Source: Eledone cirrhosa | Lineage: Eukaryota | Length of the DNA: 64,000 nucleotides | Assembly (NCBI GenBank): GCA_964016885.1 | Contig: OZ024758.1 | Span: forward strand, 31,992,001-32,056,000 | Reading direction: 5' to 3' | Part shown: positions 50,835 to 64,000 of the stretch, piece after piece | Numbering within the stretch: position 1 is the first letter of the stretch | Layout: every line of letters starts with the position of its first letter | Notes under the pieces: model-generated | The model's database searches: none | The model's input: the letters and a program-made list of their open reading frames with translations, nothing else | What the model was told of the DNA's origin: nothing | Translations under genes and position numbers: made by a program

Positions 50835-51424
50835 TTAAGGTTTGTTGGTTCACCACTGGATAGAACTGGTCATTCCGTATGGTCAATCCTGGTGTAATAT
50901 TGTGAAGAGTACTCAACGCAGGGCAGTTCACCCATCATCGTTTGTGTAGTTGGTGGTGCGAATACGGAGTTAATTATAAATGAAATAACAGGAGGCAGGA
51001 CTGGTGTAAATCCTTGAAAGGTTTATTATACTATGATCATTTCAATGACCGGGTTCCGTATGAATCCGGTGATATCATCAGGTATTGGAATATAACAAAG
51101 GAATATGTAAAAAGCTATGGGTCCGAGAAACCAGAGACAGAGATGTTATTTCATTTATAATTAACTCCGTATTCGCACCACCAACTACACAAACGAAGAT
51201 GGGTGAACTGCATTGAAATGATCATAGTATAATAAACCTTTCAAGGATTTACACCAGTCCAGCCTCCTGTTATTTTATTTATAATTAACTCCGTATTCGC
51301 ACCACCAACTACACAAACGAAGATGGGTGAACTGCACTGCGTTGAGTACTCTTCACAATATTACACCAGGATTGACTATACAGAATGACCAGTTATATCC
51401 AGTAGTGAACCAACATACCTTAAG
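50835..51424. repeat. Fold-back inverted repeat (about 210-bp arms) with an extra partial arm
   Basis: 50835-51047 versus 51211-51424, plus an additional inverted block at 51144-51210. Confidence 0.92.
51028..51085 (-). ncRNA. Minimal type I hammerhead ribozyme
   Basis: ATAC CTGATGA TATCACCGGATTCATACGGAACCCGGTCATT GAA ATGATCAT A GTAT: stem I ATAC/GTAT, stem II ACCGG/CCGGT, palindromic stem III, AUA triplet. Confidence 0.75.
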
Positions 51425-51848
51425 ATATATATATATATGTATTTATATATGTATACATATATGTATATATATGTGTATACATATATGTATATATCATCAT
51501 CATCATCATCATCATCATCGTCGATTAATGTCTATCTTCCAGGCTAGCATGGGTTAGACGGGTTGTCCCAATTAGAGGCAAGTTGGGTTGGGTGAACGTG
51601 TCTTGTTCAGATAGGAGAGTTTCTGGCTGGTTTTCTACAGCTGGATGCCCTTCCTAACACCAACCTCATTTACAGTGTGTGGTGGGTGCTTTTTGTTGTG
51701 ACGCCTACATGATCCATTTACAGTGTAGGCTGGTGTGTATATATACATACATGCTAGTGTGGAAGATGGACGTTAAACGATGATGATGATGATATATATA
51801 TGCATATATATATGTATAGATCTGTGTGTGTGTGTATACATATATGTA

Positions 51849-51944
<96 letters not shown>

Positions 51945-52879
51945 TATATAATAAATCAGGAAAGAAGAGTGACACGGTTTGCTATACAAAAAAGGTTTTT
52001 AATCTCATTGCTGACAATTGTTTCTCTGAACTGGTAGGTCTAGAGATCGCTATCCGCTTATTTTCACGTTACTCGATCGCCAATACAAAGTTATAACCAG
52101 TCAGTTCATCGGAGCTTGCGAGAATGAAGAGAATATACAGGCATAAAAAGAATATACAGGCTACTATATGTAGTAGTAATGGCATTCAGTTAGAACAATA
52201 ACAACAATATCAACAATGCTAGCAATAAATTATTTGAAATAATCACAACATCAATCTAGGTGGGAAGTATAGTATATCTATGATTTTAGCGTGTAAAACT
52301 AGCTGACATGAGGCAGATGTATAGAATTGACATGTAAAAACAAGTGTAAAGATAAGCTGGTGTTTTTAAACAATGTAGGTCAGGTGGCCGTAATAGTCGG
52401 TTTTTATCTGACCGATGAAGTATTTATCACTGTAGTGGAATTTGTGTGCTCTATATTAGATGAGAGGGCTGTCTATCTTTCTCATCCTCAATAACATACA
52501 TGTATAAGACAACACTAACAAAGCTAAATAATGGGCAAGTTAATACAGAGGTTAAGGAGGCAATATATATATATATGTACATATATATACACACACATAT
52601 GCACACAAACATATATATACACACACACATACAAATACAAAGAGAAAACATGCTGACTATAATTATAGCAAGAGTAGTAGTATTTTGAAATGTTCTTGGA
52701 TTTAGGATCAAGTGATGACAGCAGCTGAGAAGAGATAAGTTTATGGGTTGATGAGGTACTTACAGACATTAGTGTGGTATAGAACTAAGAAGGCTAGAAT
52801 GTACTTAATGATTATATTTCTGTGGTGATTCGTGCAGAGTAGTGGGTATCCTAGTTGAAAGCTATGTTACGCAATAGCG

Positions 52880-53530
52880 AAATTAGTAGGAAAAAGAAAA
52901 TGATCATAGAATTTTTCAATAATTATAACCTTCTTACCATCTTACTATGAACATAGCGCAAAATATTAATAGAATTAATAATAGAAACTTAAATTTAAAC
53001 CCAACTAATAAACCAAAATAACAATAATAATATTATTAATAACAATACTAATAATAATCGTACCGTTCCTATAGTCAACAACTCTAGAAAATGTAACTGT
53101 AGAAATGAATTAAGTCGCCCTTTACAGAATAATTGTCTAGATAAAAACTTAGTATACAAATGCACAGTAAAAACTAGAGATAAATTATTTAACTATATAG
53201 GAACCACTTCTACAAAATTTAAGGAACGCTGGTATAATCACAAACATACATTTAATAGATCGGACAAAAAATCCTCAACATCACTTTCACATCTAATCTG
53301 GTACTTAAAAGACAATAATATCGACTACTCAATCTCTTGGGGAATGATTTCGAAAGCGCCCGCATACCGAAATATGGCCCTCTCAAGAATTTGTCATTTA
53401 TGTATTGAAGAAATATTTCACATAGTTACCAATAAAAAAAACACTATAAATAAAAAGAAAGAAATATTTAACTCCTGCAGACATCGTCGTCTAAGAGTTT
53501 TGGAAGTATCTATAATCTATAGAAAATATT
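52880..53530 (+). mobile_element. Naiad-type Penelope GIY-YIG fragment
   Basis: KCNCRNELSRPLQNNCLDKNLVYKC..NYIGTT..FKERWYNH...CHLCIEE...NSCRH. Further decayed Penelope scraps flank it (about 52300-52880 and 53530-53860). Confidence 0.85.
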
Positions 53531-53907
53531 ATTTATAGCCTCTATATTTCACCTGTTTACATTTTGTATGTCTTCGCCGTGCTTTGTAGGTGTTTTTGAA
53601 ATTATATTTTTGAAGGTATTTTTTTGTGATGGTTTTAATGATGTTTTCGAATTTACTTTGGATGTCTGTAGAATTTTTTCCTAATAGACTATATAGACAT
53701 TGTAAATCCATACATACAAATACTTAATATCATTAACCTATGCAAAGATATAAGGAATGGTATCAAAATACATAGATAAACATTTTTATCTTAGAAAATA
53801 TGTAATATATGACACTATAAAATCATATATAAAATAATTTCTCCATATATCATAATTAGAATTTTTTTTTAAAGTACATTCTAGAATGAGGGGTAAATAT
53901 AACTAGG

Positions 53908-53984
53908 AAATTTTAGAGTTATCTTTTCCTTTGAAATGTAACACGCAATTTTAGAGTTATCTTTTCCTTTGAAATGTAACACGC
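53908..53984 (+). repeat. 38-bp tandem duplication
   Basis: AATTTTAGAGTTATCTTTTCCTTTGAAATGTAACACGC x2. Confidence 0.9.
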
Positions 53985-54408
53985 TTACACATTTTATCTA
54001 AATAACAGCTAAACTTTACATAAATATTAAAATTTATTAAAATTTCGTAAATGCATTCCTATCTTGATGCAACTATTGAATGTACAAAATAATCTTCTAT
54101 AATAAAATAGAACTACTTCCATTTTTTTAAAACATATATTGAAAATGAAAACAAAAATTTATCGTAACTCTTCACATATAAAAAATATTTAAATTATCTA
54201 TCTATTAATAAAAACAACATATATACTCATCAAAATTATTTATATTTATATATATATTTCTATATATATTTATATATATATTTATATAAATAACCTGTGT
54301 TAATATAATAAAATAAAATATACTTACAAACCTAATTCTTCATAAAATATACTTATAAATATTATCTCTATAATATTAAAACACACGATTAGAATAGATC
54401 CAATAATT

Positions 54409-54476
54409 ATTAATTTTTAAAAGTGAGAGATACAATTAATTATAATTAGTAGTATCTCTCACTTTTAAAAATTAAT
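54409..54476. repeat. Perfect 25-bp inverted repeat with 18-nt loop
   Basis: ATTAATTTTTAAAAGTGAGAGATAC / GTATCTCTCACTTTTAAAAATTAAT. Confidence 0.92.
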
Positions 54477-54924
54477 ATTCTACCACTTTAACACATTTAT
54501 AATTCCCATATTATATTATAGATACTCCCAAAATATATAATTATATAATTAAATAAATAAATATAATTATTTCAGTGATAATGATGATGATGATGATATA
54601 TATATATACAGTCCATAGTGATGGATTAGCAGAATTGCTAAAGCCTCGAACATGATAGATCGTGGTATCTCTTTTAGTCCAAGACATTTAGAGTTTACCT
54701 ACTATTCACTGGTCTGAAGCTATTTCAGTTTTTTGCATGTTTCTTAGAAAACATTGTTGGCATGAAGAGTGGAGACTTGCAAGCAAGGGTGACTACTGGT
54801 CTTCCACACACACAAAAAAAAACCCACCTTGCCTAGGCTCGTGCATTGGAAATAAATATTCCAAGTGCGAAAGCCTTGGTCAACCATGACTGAAGGGTGC
54901 CTTAATATTATATGTGTATGTCAG

Positions 54925-54969
<45 letters not shown>

Positions 54970-56866
54970 TTATCATCATCCTCATCATTTAACATCTGTT
55001 TATATTATATATGTTTTTGTGTGTGTAAGTTTGTATGCATGTATATATATATATTAATCTATGTGTATAATTTGTAAATTTATAAATATGTAGGTCTACA
55101 TGCTATAGTGAGCATTATTAAAAATTAATATATCCAACCATAAAACTGTCTAACTACATCTATTATTCCAATATTCAGGGGTAGACATGTGTAAGCTTTT
55201 GTAGTTAGAGAAACAAAATTGTGAAATGCATATTTTAAAAAATCATATATGAATATTGGAACTGTAGAAATTCTGGTCAGCAAGAGAAATTAGTTTTAGC
55301 TGCTGTATTCTTTTTAGATGTTATACAAATGTTTATTTTTTTTGGTGAGGCGTAGAGTGAATAATTATTTATAACAAAATATTTCTTTAATCATTTTATT
55401 AGTTTCAATCATTTGACTGTGGTTATACTGCATCTCTGCCTTCTATAGCTTTAGTCTCCTGCTATTATTAATGGACAAAAGGCACAGGCAAATTGGGTGT
55501 AAATGAATATAACTTGTAAGTAATCAAATATCAGATATTTTTCTATTTTTTTCTTCAGCGAACTGATTCTGCAATCCATTGCTGAAATAGATACCCAACA
55601 GGTTTCTCTGCACAATTTCTGTCTACAACAATGTCACTTACATGGTAGAAGATATTTGCTCAAGGTGTTGGTTTCAAACCTGGATCTACATGGTTGCAAA
55701 GGCAACTTTATAATTATACTACAATGCTTCTTACCAATGATCCCTCCTTCCCCTACGAAAAAATTACTGTTAGATTTTTATGAAAACCTAATTTTTATTG
55801 TAAATATTCATTTTATTTGTTTTATCTTATGGCTCAAGAATAAACTGAGATGTGCTGTAACCAAGAGCAGCTTATATATAATTTCATGATGAATAACTAG
55901 CAAATATGTTACTCGGAATTTTTCTGCTTTGATTAGTGTAACCTAGTGGCAAGGGGAGGCAATCTGTTACAGTGCTGTATTGATGATGGAAGTTAATCTG
56001 TATTATCAAAAGAAATGTGAGTGCTGAATTTAAATATATAGTTGTTCTATTTATAAAAATAAAAGGCGAGGAATAATAGTATTTAGTATTACTTTTCTTT
56101 TTTTTTTAATTTTTCAACTCCATGATCAAACTTTATTTCAGTTGAAATAGAAATATAAAAAATTGAAACAGTTCATAAATGTCTAGAGAAATATTGAAGT
56201 CATAGTGGCTTAAACACACACCAAACACTAGTGTATATATATTTTGATGGTTAATAATATTATGGTCCTTTTCACATACACTTTTGTCACTGACAATTTA
56301 CCACAATGTATCTTTATGTAGTGATGACCAAATGACCAAAGCATCAGTTTCATATCTCAGAATCTCAGACTTATGAAGGAGGAGCAGGGAGACAAAAATG
56401 AAAGAAAAAACAACAAAAACAGATAGTTATGAAATCTTTAGTTGTATAATTATCAAAAAGTAGGTGGAAAAAATGAATCAGAATGAGTTTTATTTTGTCC
56501 ATATAGAAAGCTCAAAGAAAGTATTTCAGAGTGTTAAAATATATTTCCTGAATTAAATCAATTAGATACTCTACACACATATCTTACTGGAACTAGTACA
56601 GAGTTATGTCAGGTGAACACAAAGGTGCTGGTGCCTTAGATCTTCTTAGATAAAGGTAAGGTTAAAGGTTAAAAAAGGGGTATGCTTTCATCAGATAAAA
56701 GTTTGATGCATCAGATAGTGACATACACAAAATATAAACTTTCATCTTCAGCTTACAGTGGGCATATATATATATATAAATATATGAATATATATATTTT
56801 CATATATATATATTCCTCTCCACATTTTATTATTATTATATATATATATATATATATATGAATATA

Positions 56867-56956
<90 letters not shown>

Positions 56957-57040
56957 ATCGCGTTGTATGTATATTCCTCTCCACATTTTATTATTATTAT
57001 ATATATATAAATATATATGAATATATGAATATATATATAT

Positions 57041-59531
57041 AGAGGAACAGTGGAAATTCCTGAAAGCAAACCTGCTGATGGCGGCAGACAAAGTCTGTGG
57101 CCGGAGCAGGCCTATAGGCAGGAGGAGAGTAACATGGTGGTGGAACAGTAAGGTGGAGGAGTCGATTAAGGCCAAAAAGCAGGCTTAGAAAGTATGGCGG
57201 GATGGGGGAAGTAGAGAAGACTATCAAGTGGCCAGGAGGGAAGCTAGGAGACAAGTGTACTTCGCAAGAAGGGAAGCAGAGGAAAGAAAGTTCAAGCATG
57301 TTCTACAATGCGAGGACCAAAAACGTGAGGTGTTCAGGATTGCTAGGCAATGTATCAAGGAAAACCGTGATATTGTCGGGGAGAAGTGTGTACTAAATGA
57401 TGATGGCGTACTTGCCATCACTGACGCTGATAAGAAGGTAGCTTGGAAGTGTCACTACGAGAGGCTACTAAATGAGGAGAATAAATGGGAGAAGGATAGT
57501 CTCCCCCAGATCGATCCAATCAGTGTTAGTTGAAGGTAGTATAATAAGTAAGGCAATCAAAGATATGAAGACGGGTAAGGCGGCTGGGCCTTCGGAAATA
57601 GTTGCTGAGATGCTGAAAGCCTCTGGAACGGTGGGACACACCATGGTCACCCGGATAGTAAACCAAGTCATACAGAATGGGGTTGTTCCGAAGGACTGGC
57701 GTAGCAGCATCATCATAACTGTTACAAGGGTAAAGGAGAAGAGGCATTAAATTAATCGACCAGGTCATGAAGGTCACGCGAAAAGTAATAGTGCAACTAA
57801 TCAGAGAGAGAATTGATCTAGATGAAATGCAGTTCGGGTTTGTGTCAGGCAAAAGTACCACAGACGCTCTTTTCATTGTACGACAACTACAGGAGAAGTA
57901 CCCAGCTAAAAGTAAACCCCTATACTTAGCTTTTGTCGACTTGGAAAAAGCCTTCGACAGAGTCCCCCGTTCCATTATCTGGTGGGCTCTTAGAAAACTA
58001 GGTGTTTCTTTATACAAGCCATGTATAAAGAAACAGTCAGCAAGGTTAGAATTAACAACGAATATAGTGAAGAGTTTAGCGTAAAAGTTGGTGTTCATCA
58101 GGGCTCTGTTCTTAGCCCCCTACTATTTATTATTGCCCTACAGGCTATAACAGTGGAGTTCAAGACCGGCTGCCCATGGGAACTCCTATACGCAGATGAT
58201 CTAACGCTCATAGCTGAATCAATGGCCTAGCTAGAGAAGAAATTCCAAACATGGAAGCACGGCCTAGAATCAAAAGGCCTTAAAATTAACCTGGCTAAGA
58301 CTAAAGTTTTAGTTTGTAGGAAAGAAAATAAGGCGCCGGTCCCGTCCGGGAAATGGCCATGCTCAGTGTGTAGGAAAGGCGTAGGTAGAAACTCCATTTT
58401 ATGTTCCAAATACAAAGTATGGGTGCATAAAAGATGTAGTGGGATCACAGGTAAGCTAACTAAGAACATAGATTTTACATGTGGGCGGTGCTCTGGTGCA
58501 ATAAGTAGCAGCAAGTGCCCACAAAATACTAGCTCTTTCAATTGCGCAGAGGGTTCTATAGAAATAGTGGACAGCTTCCGTTACCTGGGTGACAAAATCA
58601 GCAGTGGGGGAGGGTGCTCTGAAAGTACAGTAGCTAGAGTCAGAACTGGATGGAAAAAGTTCAGAGAGCTTATACCACTATCAGCCGCTAAAGGGTTCTC
58701 CCTAAAAATGAAAGGCAGGCTGTATGATGCCTGCATACGAACAGCAATGTTGCATGGCAGTGAGACCTGGGCATTGTGTGCAGAGGATATACGCAGACTA
58801 GAGAGGAACGAAGCTTGCATGCTCCGCTGGATGTGTAATAGTAATATACGTGAACGGCAAAGCATAAACGAACTAAGGGAAAACTTAGAAATAAGAGGGA
58901 TCAGATGTTGTTTAGTCGAGAGAAGGCTACGTTGGTATGGTCACGTGATGCGCATGAAAGACGACAGCTGTATAAAAAAGTGCAGGGCAATAAAGATAGA
59001 CGGTAGCCACGGAGTAGCAGACCCAGAAAAACCTGGGACGACCTGATAAATTCCGACCTCACACACTTACACCTCTCCAAGACAATGTCATTGGACCGAG
59101 ATCTTTGGCGGTACTCAGTATTAGAGAAGACCCGCCTTACCTAAATACAAAGTAAAACATACTAAAGTCAGTAGGCATCTCTAACAAAACACACACCCCG
59201 TCCCACCACATCCACAACGCCCCTTTCAATGTAAAGTTATGTTGGTGCCACAACATCCAGGCCGAAACAAATGAGATCGTGTAGGTGTCACAACAAAAAA
59301 ACACACAGTCCACGCTGTAATGTGGCCGTGTAGGCAACACGGTAAAAACCTCCCAGTCCCACACTGTAAATGTGGTTGGTGTTAGGAAGGGCATCCAGCT
59401 GTAGAAAACCCGCCAGACAGTCCTATGCGAGCAAGACAACCACTCTTGCCTCAAGTGGGAAAACTCCCGTCCAAACCCATGCAAGCGTGGAACATGGACG
59501 TTAAACGATGATGATGATGATGATGATGATG

Positions 59532-59532
<1 letters not shown>
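57041..59532 (+). mobile_element. 5'-truncated RTE LINE with PHD finger in RT, 3' UTR and (GAT)n tail
   Basis: KAAGPS, QFGF..GKSTTD, FVDLEKAFD, GVHQGSVLSP, LYADD, PHD-like insert, FRYLG, RLRWYGHV. Frameshifts and stops are present. Confidence 0.95.
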
Positions 59533-59562
<30 letters not shown>

Positions 59563-59779
59563 ATCGCGTTGTATGTTATATTAGAAGTGATAAAATACTA
59601 GGGATGAAATAAATTTAGGGAGAGAAATAGAGATATAAAGATAGAGATACATAAAATATGAATGTAAATATAAGAGGTTCATTGATAGATGGTGACAATT
59701 ATAACAATAATGATGATGATATTATAATAGATCTAAGTGGTACAATTTGGGTTATGGAATAGATAAGATGAATTAAGCT

Positions 59780-60620
59780 GGTCTAAATTTCTCAAATTTG
59801 GTCGGCGTTTTATGCCGACAGAAAATAGTTCTTTCAATTTTATTGTTAAGTAGCATTTTGTTGTACTTTAAAATTTGGAAAAGCTCCATATTACAAAGAC
59901 CACAGTGGGACATGCCAATTCGATAGGCCGTTGCTGTATTTTATATTCCATGTTTGCATCTCTAAGTTGCCAGATTTTATTGGTGAGAGTTGTTGTATTT
60001 ATGAGCTTCCTGTTAATCATAGAGTGTCTGTGGACATACCACCTTTTCTTAAACTCCCCAGCTGTAGATCCTATGTAGTGCCATGCTAAACTGCCTGAAT
60101 TTATAGTACATAGGTATACTATATTAGACTCTAGACATCTATTTTGTAATGGGCATTTGTCAGGTAGATGACAGTTACATTTAGATGCTTTTCTATGCGC
60201 CGGTTCTTCTATATGGTTTTGTAAATTGTTATGTATGGGCTGACAATTGGGTTTGTTGATGTAGTTTTGTTTTTATAGAGGAGTTAAACACTGGATTGAA
60301 CCATAAGTACTTTCTATCTCTGCATCTTCTATAGTTATTAGTGGTCTTTCTATTAGTATTCTGTTCAATTAATTCATGTGTTTGTTGCCAATTTCTATGT
60401 TTAGTCCTAGATTTGCTGCTTCTATAGGTGTGGATAGTGTTATTTCTATTAAGTATGTTGTAGCAGTTAGCGTGTTCGTTAAACATCTCTAGATTAGAAG
60501 ATAGGCGTGAGATTCTAAGGGATATACTATGTGCTATGGAATTAATTATGGATCGAGGGTGATTAGAGTTATAATTAATGTAAGCTAAATTTTCATTATT
60601 TTTATGGAAGGGTTCTATTT
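59780..60620 (-). mobile_element. Naiad-type Penelope thumb/GIY-YIG fragment
   Basis: SNHPRS-like, RKYLWFNPVFN, KCNCHLPDKCPLQNRCL, HYIGST, CPTVV..FCRHK. Confidence 0.8.
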
Positions 60621-60931
60621 AGGTTAAGCAATACATCTTTCTTTCTTTCCTTTATCTATCTCTCTTTCTTTCTTTTGTTCTCTCTCTATCTTTATTACTA
60701 ATATTATTATTGATGCTGTAATTTGAATTTGTAGATTTGCCAGTTATATATATTTTTATGACAGTTTATGATGATATGATTGAGCTAGCATCGTATTTAA
60801 AATTGAGTGGCACTGCTTCTAGTGTTCAGCAATTTTTAGACAACTTAATCAGAGAAACAATTGTTAGACTGTAAATAAATCCCCTTTTTTGTACTGTTGA
60901 CCATGTTATTCTTCACATTTTTTCAATTTTA

Positions 60932-60986
<55 letters not shown>

Positions 60987-61044
60987 TTATATATTCATAT
61001 ATATATATATATTCATATATATATATTCATATATATTCATAGAT

Positions 61045-61472
61045 ATCATCATCATCATCATCATCATCAGGTTTAGCGTCCGTGTTCCACGCTTGCATGG
61101 GTTTGGACGGGGGTTTTCCCACTTGAGGCAAGAGTGGTTGTCTTGCTCGCATAGGACTGTCTGGCGGGTTTTCTACAGCTGGATGCCCTTCCTAACACCA
61201 ACCACATTTACAGTGTGGGGCTGGGAAGTTTTTACCGTGTTGCCTACACGGCCACATTACAGCGTGGACTGTCTGGCGGGTTTTCTACAGCTGGATGCCC
61301 TTCCTAACACCAACCACATTTACAGTGTGGGGCTGGGAGGTTTTTACCGTGTTGCCTACACGGCCACATTTACAGCGTGGACTGTGTGTTTTTTTGTCGT
61401 GACACCTACACGATCTCATTTGTTTCGGCCTGGATGTTGTGGGACCAACATAACTTTACATTGAAAGGGGCG

Positions 61473-61477
<5 letters not shown>
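61045..61477 (-). mobile_element. 3' end of the RTE-PHD family with internal roughly 120-bp tandem duplication
   Basis: GGACTGTCTGGCGGG...ACAGCGT occurs twice. Similar TATTCTTATATATTCAT tracts flank both sides. Confidence 0.9.
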
Positions 61478-61522
<45 letters not shown>

Positions 61523-61939
61523 TTATATATTCATATATATATTCATATATATTCATATATATATATATATATATATATATGAAAACAGGGAGAAAAAGAC
61601 AATTATTAGGAAGAAAAATATATTTTTTCCCCTTTTTATTTCCTTCTCTCTCTATATATATATCGAAGGAAGTGTGGTAAGGAACCACATGGAACATAAC
61701 GCACCAGAGTACTCAATACTTAGGGTAGTAGAGTGGGTAATAGGAAAATGTTCAAGACTCCGCCGGCAGAGCTCAAGCCGTTTCGACAGCTATTTCTGGA
61801 CTTTATTAAAAAAAAAATTCAAATATCAAAAATAAAAAAATAAAAAAATTTGCAAGTTGACAGCGATACGAAAGAGGAAAAAAAACACAAATAAAAATAA
61901 ATAAACAAACACACGTGGTAAGCAAATGCACAAAATAAA

Positions 61940-61978
<39 letters not shown>

Positions 61979-63101
61979 TATATATCAAATATTGAGTTAT
62001 AAAAATAGTCTTTTACAATTAAATAGCTCTCTATTTATATATATATATATACACATATACATATATACACATACATATACATAAAAATATACACACTTAT
62101 ATACAGTACAAACATATACACAGTTAAGTATATTACATACAAATATATATACACACACACATATATACACACACATATATATATACACACACACAATACA
62201 CACATATACATACTCACATGCATACACACGCATATACTCTCAACCACACGTATAGGTACATATAGACAATTTTTGGTGTATACACATATATAAAAAAAAT
62301 ATAAATACATTCACACACACACATATACATGAGAAAAAATACATTCAACCACATACACACATATATATAAATAATTACTTATATATAAAAATATAAATAC
62401 ATACACACATACGAATATGTACACGTACATACGCACGCATATATATATATACATATATATCTAAATCAGTTAAAAACATTTATATTTTTATTTATATTTG
62501 TCGGATTTCCAACTAATTGAATACCCCTTCCACTTTTATATATATATATATAAATATATATATATATAAATATATATATATATTGGTAAAAGGAAAAGAA
62601 AATGCTGACAAATTGTTCCCAGTGAAAAATAGTTTAATTAGGAATAAATAAAAATTAGTAATAAGTATTGGTTAGTATTCAGTTTTGGTTTTAAGTTTTT
62701 ACCGGTTGCGCATTTCTAATGCTTTTCAAAAATAATTTTGAGATAGAGCGCCCGTGATGTTTGCTCTAATCTGATTAGTTTTGGAAATTCTACCTGTTTT
62801 ATGTGAAAAAAGTGGCTCCAGATGTATTAAAATAAGTTACGCGCCAATTCGTGTTGCAAAAATTCTTGTGGTCAAAACAATTTTGATTGGTCGGTAGAGG
62901 TCATGTGAATGTTAAAAATTGATTTTGCGCCAAATGTAGGTTTGTCTTGGCTGATTGAGAAGTCACTGAAAAATAAGTCTTTTAAGACAAATATGTGTGT
63001 GTGTGTGTAGTAAAGAGGTTCATTGTTGTGATAATGGTCAATGTATGTGTGTGTGAATTGCAGTCATGTTGACAGGTCAACAGTTCAGGTGCCTATTAAG
63101 A

Positions 63102-63104
<3 letters not shown>

Positions 63105-63194
<90 letters not shown>
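63105..63194. repeat. (GT)n microsatellite
   Basis: Direct reading. Confidence 0.97.
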
Positions 63195-63196
<2 letters not shown>

Positions 63197-63864
63197 CAGA
63201 GTAATTCGTGGTAGAGGGATCGGTCAGTAGGAATGTGTCTGAACGTGTGTGGGGGATATTTTAACATGTTAAAAGATACTTTTCAGCTCTTGTCTTATAC
63301 GGAGAAGTGTGTGTGTACGTGTGTGTGTGTGTATATGTCTCTTTTTATGTTAGTGTACGCGTGTGTATGTGGGTGTGTATATATGTGTGTGTGTGTGTGT
63401 GTATGTGTGTATATATGTGTGTGTGTGGGTGGGTGGACCAGTATTTTTGTGATACTGGTAAAAATGGTGTACATTATTCGATATTTTCAGTAAAAACGAT
63501 TCTCTCAATAGAACATCAAAAACCTTAATAATAAAAGGTGTGAAATGATATATAGTATTGTCATAACACGAAGGTGTGTGTGAGTGTCCAGATTGTACGT
63601 ACTGCAAGGGGAATCCATTAGGCCCTGCCGTATTGGAATACTTGTGTACAAATATGTATGTGCCCATCAGTGTGCAATGCATGTGTGTGTGTCGGCATGT
63701 TTATATCTATAGACATCAAAAGGTATGCAAATTGGTGTATATTTGTGTTGCACCATAGAACATGTGTGTTTACGTATGTCATTGTGTTTATATGTGGGTA
63801 GAGATGTATGTAGGATGTATGCTGATGTAGGTATGTATGTTGACGTGAGTATGTTGTGGGTTCG

Positions 63865-64000
63865 TCTTAGGGAGAAGTGTTTAGACGGAGTCCGTATTTG
63901 TTAATAAAGTGAGATTCCTTGCTGATGCGCTGGGTGTAGGTGGCATTATCTTTAAATTTGTAGAGGGGAAAGATTCTGAAGTTGGGATGATTTTGGGCGG
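63865..64000 (-). mobile_element. Penelope-like GIY-YIG C-terminus, running off the window
   Basis: PNFRIFPLYKFKDNATYTQRISKESHFINKYGLRLNTSP* fits the R...E..FI......LN terminal motif. Confidence 0.65.

Overview
AT-rich, repeat-saturated animal DNA, most likely from a cephalopod (octopus-like). This is inferred from tRNA-derived Nin-domain SINEs, long (TA)n/(CA)n tracts, RTE LINEs and Naiad-type Penelope elements. Almost all protein-coding signal is decayed transposons: RTE LINEs (one family has a PHD finger inside the RT), a full-length GC-rich RTE and a Gypsy relic both nested in a mariner, a roughly 6.5 kb Helitron, Penelope/Naiad fragments, REL-endonuclease LINE fragments, a solo LTR and a tandem non-autonomous LTR element. 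One probable host gene (three phase-compatible exons, 19135-23035) encodes a small death-domain-like protein. The most notable observations: (1) several minimal hammerhead ribozymes inside fold-back inverted repeats, including a core variant; (2) a genomic copy of the 3' end of mature tRNA-Trp at the junction of the tandem LTR element, with a substitution exactly at position 58 (m1A); (3) a 22-nt inverted templated insertion. All calls were made by eye, boundaries of decayed elements are approximate, and no database search was run.
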